Shown in pieces: positions 56,531-64,000 of a stretch of 64,000 nt of DNA; position 1 is the stretch's first letter, and each line of letters starts with the position of its first letter. The notes under the pieces are model-generated. The model searched no databases. It was given only the letters and a program-made list of their open reading frames with translations, and had not been told where the DNA came from. The DNA comes from Patescibacteria group bacterium (lineage in GTDB: Bacteria; Patescibacteriota; Minisyncoccia; Phycocordibacterales; UBA1550), in assembly GCA_038062675.1 (NCBI GenBank), contig JBBTWP010000001.1, positions 122,059-186,058 of the forward strand. The letters are read 5' to 3'. A program made the translations under genes and the position numbers.

Positions 56531-57058
56531 TTATAACGTCTCCCCTTGTTTTTTATCGCGTAGATCAATCGCCTTTTTCATGAAGTATGGCATCATCAAG
56601 GATAATCCCATCACTACAACAACCATGGTAGAAAAAATGCCGAATGACATTGGTGGAGGGGTATCTCCTAAAGGCATAGGTAGGACACCTAGAATAAGTA
56701 AGATGATATTTATAAATACAAAAATAATTATTGCCAAAAAAGCAACCACGGTAAGCGGTATGTCGAGGCAAATAAAATATTTTATATATTCTCGGAATGA
56801 CATTTTCTTCCACGCGAGCATCGCTGGCGCTAAGAAATATACAGCAATTGAAACAAGGGACAATGTCGCATATGCCGTATCGCCTCCTGAAAACGCAAAC
56901 ATCTCAGAAGAATCCGTAACTAAATCTGTATAGGTCATGTACACACCTAGCAGAGCAGAGAGCACAAAGATAACAGCGTACACAATAAATGAAGTATTCC
57001 CCACTTCCCCGCGCACAACCGCCCGCACCATTTCCATTGGATTGATCAATCTTTTCAT
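56531..57058 (-). CDS. polytopic membrane protein (Yip1-like?)
   Basis: 175 aa with 4-5 TM helices. Confidence 0.35.
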   Translation of the reverse strand: MKRLINPMEMVRAVVRGEVGNTSFIVYAVIFVLSALLGVYMTYTDLVTDSSEMFAFSGGDTAYATLSLVSIAVYFLAPAMLAWKKMSFREYIKYFICLDIPLTVVAFLAIIIFVFINIILLILGVLPMPLGDTPPPMSFGIFSTMVVVVMGLSLMMPYFMKKAIDLRDKKQGETL

Positions 57059-57095
57059 CTGGATAATTTTAATAAAATTTAATTTTAATAATTTT

Positions 57096-57623
57096 CTAAC
57101 TCTCCCGAGGTGAGACCTCGGGAGCTCTGAAATGTTTTAAGACATAAAGATATTTGAAAGTGTAAAATGTGGAAATAGAGCAAAAAACAAGTAAAAGTGA
57201 TGCAAAAAATATTTTGTATATGGTTGACAATATTAAAAATAATTCTTCTTGCCCTAAAACAGTCAAGATTGGAAGGAAAGGAAATGGAATCCAATAAACA
57301 ATTTGATATATAAAAATTAATCCAAAAAACAATTCAATAAAGGTAACTATATTCTTGTTCATAGTAAAATAAAAATTAAACGCATATAAAACTGGTGCTG
57401 TAATCAGAAATAAAAAAATTACAATAAATGCCGTAAAATCAAAAGACCATTGTAGGGGAATTGCCACAAGGAAAAGAACCGTGGACAAAAATAGCAAGTT
57501 TGCAATAGAAAATATTTTTAGAAAAGACGTATTTTTAAATAGATTCATATTTTTAAATCCTAGTACTAATTTTAATATAAAAATTGGCAGGAGACAAGCT
57601 CCTGCCAAAAAGTTAACCACCAA
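57096..57623 (-). CDS. polytopic membrane protein
   Basis: 175 aa with 5-6 TM helices. Overlaps the upstream gene by 11 nt. Confidence 0.35.
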   Translation of the reverse strand: MVVNFLAGACLLPIFILKLVLGFKNMNLFKNTSFLKIFSIANLLFLSTVLFLVAIPLQWSFDFTAFIVIFLFLITAPVLYAFNFYFTMNKNIVTFIELFFGLIFIYQIVYWIPFPFLPILTVLGQEELFLILSTIYKIFFASLLLVFCSISTFYTFKYLYVLKHFRAPEVSPRES

Positions 57624-57954
57624 AAACTGCTACCCATAATCCTGCGGCAGTAACCAGGCTGTTTGGCCAACCTGGACTACTCAGTATTCTAACTACAAGA
57701 GAGGAAACCGGAATGCCGTAAAGAACTGCCGCTGCATACAATACTGGCAAAAACTCCCCCCGCATTTCCCCCGCCATTTCATCCGACATCGGAAGACCGA
57801 TTTTCTCGATTTCGGCGATGGGATTGCTGGCAAGCTCGGTGTTGATGGTGCTTGCGGAAGCAATGGTGGGGACAATTGTCGCGGACAACAGGAACGCGAC
57901 AGCTAAAAACAGTGGTGCAGTAATCTTTCGAACACTCTTCATGCTGACCTCCAA
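57613..57954 (-). CDS. small secreted hydrophobic two-helix protein
   Basis: Signal peptide ...TIVPTIASA, then two hydrophobic helices and a C-terminal GG. Confidence 0.35.
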   Translation of the reverse strand: MEVSMKSVRKITAPLFLAVAFLLSATIVPTIASASTINTELASNPIAEIEKIGLPMSDEMAGEMRGEFLPVLYAAAVLYGIPVSSLVVRILSSPGWPNSLVTAAGLWVAVFGG

Positions 57955-58043
57955 GGTCGTTTGTTGTAATACAAAGAACTACTAGCAACTACGAATCTAT
58001 AGTTACTTGAAGAGTATACACGGAGCAGGTCTCAAAATCAATA

Positions 58044-58120
58044 TTGACAGGGGGGGGTAAAGTAAGGTATGATGGCGGAAGTCTTATGAACCACATCTGT
58101 GGTTCATTTTTGCTCTTTGT
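58044..58120 (+). promoter_or_regulatory. promoter (TTGACA-18-TATGAT) plus a leader hairpin with U-tract (candidate attenuator)
   Basis: TTGACA 58044-58049, TATGAT 58068-58073. ATGAACCACA-tct-GTGGTTCAT at 58086-58107, then TTTTGCTCTTTG, about 20 nt before the ATG at 58139. Confidence 0.45.
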
Positions 58121-58138
58121 TAATCAAAAGGAAAAAAC

Positions 58139-58969
58139 ATGAAAGCAATGTTTGTGGCAATGGGTATGTTGTTTGCGGTGAATTTTGCGTATGCGGAGGA
58201 AGTGGCGAAAGAGGGCGAGGCCGAAGGCCTCGCCCTCGAACAAAAACTTGCTCGTGTGTATGACCTCTATCGTAGAGAAGCCACCGTGTCACTCAAGCCG
58301 AGCGAGATGCAAGCGGGGGTGGGAGTCGTGTACACAACCGGAACTCAAGAAACATTTGGGCTACGGCAAAGTGTGCGTGCGCTTACCACGCAAGTATTTG
58401 CAAGTCGTGGGGTTGGGCATGGGATGGAAATTTCAGTCGCACTCCCCTACTCTGCAACTTCGCGAAGAGTGGAAACGTCAGAGGCAACACTCGCAAAGAG
58501 TTCAGCGTTTGGTGGTGGAGACACAACCATACGCCTGTTGGGTACGCTTCCCACAAAAGAAGTCAGCACAACAGCAATACTTTCTGCAACCCTTCCCACG
58601 GGAAAACATGAGCTCTCACACAACGAGGCACACACTTCTCTGGGAGCAAGCTGGAGTAAAGTTCTACGTCCAGCATTTGTTTCTGGGGGCGCTTCATGGG
58701 AACGAGACTGGCAGAGTGATGTAAATGGTCTGGGCTACAATCTCGGTATGGGATTCTTTCTCAACCACGCACTGTCACTTGGTGGAGAAATAGCGGGTGT
58801 CCTCGTGCTTAATCCTGAAATGGGGGCAGTGCAAGACACGCAAAGCATGGGGCTCAAAGTTGCGTACCAAACCACACCAGATTTTGGTGTGGTGGTATCT
58901 ACTAACATTGGCATAGGAACCAGTGCACCACAATCATCTCTTGGTATGACAACCTATTGGAGGTTTTGA
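58139..58969 (+). CDS. secreted beta-barrel-like protein with OMP-type C-terminus
   Basis: Signal peptide MKAMFVAMGMLFAVNFAYA. Amphipathic beta-strand pattern, C-terminal ...TTYWRF ending in Phe. Confidence 0.5.
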   Translation: MKAMFVAMGMLFAVNFAYAEEVAKEGEAEGLALEQKLARVYDLYRREATVSLKPSEMQAGVGVVYTTGTQETFGLRQSVRALTTQVFASRGVGHGMEISVALPYSATSRRVETSEATLAKSSAFGGGDTTIRLLGTLPTKEVSTTAILSATLPTGKHELSHNEAHTSLGASWSKVLRPAFVSGGASWERDWQSDVNGLGYNLGMGFFLNHALSLGGEIAGVLVLNPEMGAVQDTQSMGLKVAYQTTPDFGVVVSTNIGIGTSAPQSSLGMTTYWRF

Positions 58970-59628
58970 TGAAGAATACTTTGCCACACGTTTTGCTTTT
59001 TGTGTTTTCTTTTCTTTTTTCCATACCCACATACGCGTCTTCGGACGAACCGTGGACATGGGACGAGGTACGCTTCGGCGGCATTGTAGAGCAAGGGCTC
59101 GACAATTCATGTGGAATCGCATCGCTCCTCACCATTATGCGCATGCATTTTGGTGATGAACGATATGATGAAGCATCGCTTCTTAAAAAGTACATGGAAA
59201 CTGCAAGTGAGGAATCAATTGCAGAGTCTATGAAAAATGGCTTTTCACTACTTGAGATGGAGAAGTTCAGCACATCGCTAGGGTACACCACCTCAAAGAA
59301 AATACTGTCCTTTGAGGAACTGGAGCGATTGGTGGCATTTGTGCCTGTCCTTGTTTACCTTGAGGTTGGGAAATTTCGACATTTTGCGGTTGTGAGAGGG
59401 ATACAAAAAGACGTTGTCCTTTTGGGTGACCCATCACGAGGAAATGTGGAATACACACGCGAAGAGTTTTTATCCGAATGGGGAAAACTCAAAGGGGTAT
59501 CTCAAGAAAAAGGTGCGGGGCTTATGTTGGTACGAAGTGGCGTGATACCAACACAAACACTTTTAACCGGGCCGAGCACAGAAGAACCTTCCTCTTTTGT
59601 CGAAATGCAAAGGCAGTTGGTAAGATGA
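58969..59628 (+). CDS. secreted stand-alone C39-like cysteine peptidase
   Basis: EQGLDNSCGIASLLTIMRMHFG (Gln-x5-Cys-Gly) and RHFAVVRGIQKDVVLLGDP (His...Asp-Pro) catalytic motifs. Own signal peptide. SD GGAGG. TGATG stop/start overlap with the upstream gene. Confidence 0.6.
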   Translation: MKNTLPHVLLFVFSFLFSIPTYASSDEPWTWDEVRFGGIVEQGLDNSCGIASLLTIMRMHFGDERYDEASLLKKYMETASEESIAESMKNGFSLLEMEKFSTSLGYTTSKKILSFEELERLVAFVPVLVYLEVGKFRHFAVVRGIQKDVVLLGDPSRGNVEYTREEFLSEWGKLKGVSQEKGAGLMLVRSGVIPTQTLLTGPSTEEPSSFVEMQRQLVR

Positions 59629-59693
59629 GCAAACATTAAATCCTTACGGAAAACCAAAAGCGGATCAGGAAAACTTGATCCGCTTTTTATTTT

Positions 59694-61730
59694 TTATTCC
59701 CCTGCTTCGTTGCGTGCTTTGAGTGCAGCGATTTCGTCGCGGATGATGGCGGCGGTTTCAAAGTCGAGTTCTTTGACGGCGCGGTTCATTTCTTTTTCTT
59801 TAAGCTTGAGGAGTTTTGCAAAATCTTTTCCAAAGACTTGTCCGTCGACGTCGAGGTTGAACTTCACCGCTTTCATGTGTGCGGTTTCGAGATGTTCGGT
59901 GATGTCTTTGATACTCTTGATGATGGTCTTAGGTGTAATGCCGTGTTCTTTGTTGTATGCGACTTGAATGGCGCGACGACGATTGGTTTCGCCAACAGCG
60001 CGCTCGATGGAGCCCGTGATAACATCGGCATAGAGAATTACGCGCCCTAGCACATTGCGAGCTGCGCGCCCAATGGTCTGGATGAGTGCTGTTTCAGAGC
60101 GCAAAAATCCCTCTTTGTCGGCGTCGAGGATGCCAATGAGCGCAACTTCAGGAAGATCGAGTCCTTCGCGGAGCAGGTTCACGCCAACAATACAATCAAA
60201 CGTACCCTTGCGAAACTCGGTGAGTATCTGAATCCGTTCGATGGTCTTGATGTCACTGTGAAGGTACTCAGCTTTTACACCTTCCCCTTTTAAATATTCT
60301 GACAAATCTTCTGCCATTTTTTTGGTGAGGGTGGTGGCAATGACGCGGTGACCACCTGCGACCACTTTCTTTGTCTCGGCGATGAAATCTTGGATTTGCC
60401 CGCCATAGCTACCTTTCTCGCCAATTGGTCGTAAAATAATTTCGGGGTCGATGAGGCCCGTGGGGCGAATGATTTGCTCCACTACTTGCTTGCTCGTCTC
60501 GCGCTCGTGAGTTGCAGGAGTTGCGGAGGTGTAAATGACTTGCCCGACGCGTTCATTGAACTCTTCGAAGCGAAGAGGACGGTTGTCTTGGGCGCTTGGC
60601 AGACGAAAACCGAATTCGACGAGGGTTTTTTTGCGTGACTGGTCACCGGCATACATGCCACCAATTTGCGGAATGGTCACGTGCGATTCGTCGATGATGG
60701 TGAGAAAGTCGGGCTTGCCGTCTTTGGTGCGAGGGAAATATGAAAGGAGTGTGTCTGGGGGTGAACCAGCCGCGCGCCCTGACATGTGGCGTGAATAGTT
60801 TTCGATACCATTGCAATACCCCATCTCGCGAATCATAGCGAGGTCGTAGGTAGTGCGGCGTTTGATGCGCTCGGCTTCGAGGAGTTTACCCTCCTTTTCA
60901 AATTTTTTAAGTTGTGTGGCAAGTTCGGCTTTGATGACTTTGAGTGCCTTGGTCTTTGCCGCTTCGTTGGTGATGAAGTGTTTTGCAGGGAAGATGAAAA
61001 TGGCGGGTTCGGTTCCCACAATTTTTTGTGAGACGGGGTCAACTTTTTGGATGGATGCAATCCCCTGCATGTCGAGCGTAAGACTCCAAATCATTTTTTC
61101 TGAGACGGGCATGATTTCAAGCAGTGAGCCAATAGAGCGAAAGGTTCCCGGAGTGAGGTCGGCGTTGGTGCGCTCAAAGTGAATGGCGATGAGTTTTTTC
61201 ATGAGCTCTTTGCGATCCATTTTTTGTCCAACGGCAAGTTTCAAATTTTCTTTTTCATATTCCGCTGGCGAACCGAGACCGTAGATACAGGACACCGATG
61301 CAACAATAATCACGTCGCGACGCGTCAGGAGTGCCTGTGTCGAGGCATGGCGGAGGCGGTCAATTTCTTCGTTGATCTGAGCGTCTTTCTCAATGTACGT
61401 GTCGGTGACCGGCATGTACGCCTCTGGCTGATAATAGTCATAGTACGACACAAAGTAGTGCACTGCGTTGTTGGGGAAAAATTCTTTGTACTCTTGCGCA
61501 AGCTGTGCGGCGAGAGTTTTGTTGTGTGCGATAACGAGTGTCGGCTTCCCTATTTCCGCAATAACGTTTGCGGCGGTGAATGTTTTCCCGGAGCCAGTCA
61601 CACCCAAAAGCGTCTGGCGGTCAAAGCCTTTTTTGAGTCCAGAAACGAGCTTTTTGATCGCTTCGGGCTGGTCGCCAGCGGGAGGCCAGTCGGATGTGAG
61701 GTTAAATGTGGACATTGGTTGTGTTGACAA
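59694..61730 (-). CDS. uvrB: excinuclease ABC subunit B
   Basis: GVTGSGKTFT Walker A, helicase motifs, C-terminal UVR domain (AAIIRDEIAALK). Confidence 0.9.
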   Translation of the reverse strand: MSTQPMSTFNLTSDWPPAGDQPEAIKKLVSGLKKGFDRQTLLGVTGSGKTFTAANVIAEIGKPTLVIAHNKTLAAQLAQEYKEFFPNNAVHYFVSYYDYYQPEAYMPVTDTYIEKDAQINEEIDRLRHASTQALLTRRDVIIVASVSCIYGLGSPAEYEKENLKLAVGQKMDRKELMKKLIAIHFERTNADLTPGTFRSIGSLLEIMPVSEKMIWSLTLDMQGIASIQKVDPVSQKIVGTEPAIFIFPAKHFITNEAAKTKALKVIKAELATQLKKFEKEGKLLEAERIKRRTTYDLAMIREMGYCNGIENYSRHMSGRAAGSPPDTLLSYFPRTKDGKPDFLTIIDESHVTIPQIGGMYAGDQSRKKTLVEFGFRLPSAQDNRPLRFEEFNERVGQVIYTSATPATHERETSKQVVEQIIRPTGLIDPEIILRPIGEKGSYGGQIQDFIAETKKVVAGGHRVIATTLTKKMAEDLSEYLKGEGVKAEYLHSDIKTIERIQILTEFRKGTFDCIVGVNLLREGLDLPEVALIGILDADKEGFLRSETALIQTIGRAARNVLGRVILYADVITGSIERAVGETNRRRAIQVAYNKEHGITPKTIIKSIKDITEHLETAHMKAVKFNLDVDGQVFGKDFAKLLKLKEKEMNRAVKELDFETAAIIRDEIAALKARNEAGE

Positions 61731-61818
61731 TATAGCACAAAGAAGCGTACTATGGTAAGAGTTACTGTAAATTGTTTCCCAACTGTTTCCTGCTCTTTTT
61801 TATGAAAGGTGAGATTCC

Positions 61819-61968
61819 ATGAACATGATCAAACGCGATCCTTGGTACTGTTTTCTTGTGAATTTTATTGCCATCATGGGCGTCATCTTCCTGTTCAACT
61901 TTATACTCAAGAATGGCGCACTGCAATTTATTTTTCTCTCTGCGTCGTTCCCCTCAGTTTTTCTGTAA
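61819..61968 (+). CDS. small membrane protein (49 aa)
   Basis: SD AAAGGTGAG, one TM helix, followed by the hairpin terminator at 61997. Confidence 0.3.
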   Translation: MNMIKRDPWYCFLVNFIAIMGVIFLFNFILKNGALQFIFLSASFPSVFL

Positions 61969-61993
61969 TACTCCCCTAAGAGAGATTCCTTTC

Positions 61994-63325
<1,332 letters not shown>

Positions 63326-63357
63326 TCACCCCGCCCACAGCCAAAGGAGTAAAGCCC

Positions 63358-63870
63358 ATGAGCATTAAAATGATTGCGGCAGTCGCACTGAATGGCGTAA
63401 TTGGAAACAAAAACACCATGCCGTGGCATTTGCCCCGAGATTTACAGTACTTTAAAAGTGTAACGCGAGGTCATATCATTGCAATGGGGATGAAGACATT
63501 CACCTCTATTGGATGTCGAGCACTTCCTGAACGAGAAACGTATGTTTTGACCAGAGACACCAGCAAGATGGCGAACCGCTATCCAAAGGTCACGTTTGTT
63601 GCAAGTATAGATGACATTCTACGTCTTGCAAAAACTCCACAGCAAATCTTTATTTGCGGAGGAGGAGAGCTTTACGAACAATTCCTTCCCTACGCCGACA
63701 CACTCTACATCACCAATATCGAGGTGGAGGTTGACGGAGATACTATCTTTCCAAAAATCGGAGAAGGTGAATGGGACTTATTCTCAACAACTCCGTTTCC
63801 TCCCGACAAAGAAAATGCGCACACAATGACGTTCAACGTGTATTCGCGCAAACAGCCGATAAAAAATTGA
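63358..63870 (+). CDS. folA: dihydrofolate reductase
   Basis: MIAAVALNGVIGNKNTMPWHLPRDLQYFK, 171 aa, SD AAAGGAG. Confidence 0.85.
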   Translation: MSIKMIAAVALNGVIGNKNTMPWHLPRDLQYFKSVTRGHIIAMGMKTFTSIGCRALPERETYVLTRDTSKMANRYPKVTFVASIDDILRLAKTPQQIFICGGGELYEQFLPYADTLYITNIEVEVDGDTIFPKIGEGEWDLFSTTPFPPDKENAHTMTFNVYSRKQPIKN

Positions 63871-63901
63871 ACATTTAATAGTTCAAATAATAAAAAGAGT
63901 A

Positions 63902-63933
63902 AAGCCGGCATGCAACATGCCGGCTTTTTATTG
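63902..63933 (+). terminator. intrinsic terminator
   Basis: AAGCCGGCATG-caa-CATGCCGGCTT-TTTATT. Confidence 0.6.
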
Positions 63934-64000
63934 ATGTCTAGAATTCAGGCGCGACAAATTGACAAAACGGGAGAAAGCAGGTATTCTTTCCACAGAAACG

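Overview
The window is a compact, mostly housekeeping bacterial region on both strands with about 45% GC and very short intergenic gaps. Several genes appear leaderless, with the ATG 6 nt downstream of an extended -10 box.

The core content is a long minus-strand run: scpA, an endonuclease/exonuclease/phosphatase (EEP) family gene, scpB, a D-Ala-D-Ala carboxypeptidase, mraY, ftsW, murG, gltX and an M23 peptidase. The window also holds aspS, trpS and hisS; uvrA, uvrC, uvrB, tgt and folA; two base-excision glycosylases (a MutY-like gene and nth); bcp; two NUDIX genes; and rmuC, a GGDEF protein, a histidine kinase and a TrpR/YerC-like regulator.

The accessory content is more unusual. A 12-kb surface-glycan locus (35.7-47.9 kb) carries a flippase, an FkbM methyltransferase, five GT4 glycosyltransferases (one a fused double GT4), one GT2, a NodB deacetylase and an 806-aa polytopic membrane protein. 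Two secreted glycoside hydrolases carry proline-rich linkers: an SGNH esterase fused to GH8, and a GH5-like enzyme. Two single-gene inserts are each bracketed by 76-80-bp direct repeats copied from the end of the neighbouring core gene (the bcp 5-prime end/promoter and the yqeY 3-prime end). There are two tandem triplets of paralogous small proteins, one cytoplasmic and cysteine-containing, the other secreted. A DUF3800 gene sits in an islet bounded by terminators. A stand-alone secreted C39-like peptidase is translationally coupled to a beta-barrel-like protein, downstream of a candidate leader attenuator and divergent from a secreted peptide plus two membrane proteins.

I found no rRNA, no convincing tRNA, no CRISPR array, and no integrase or transposase.
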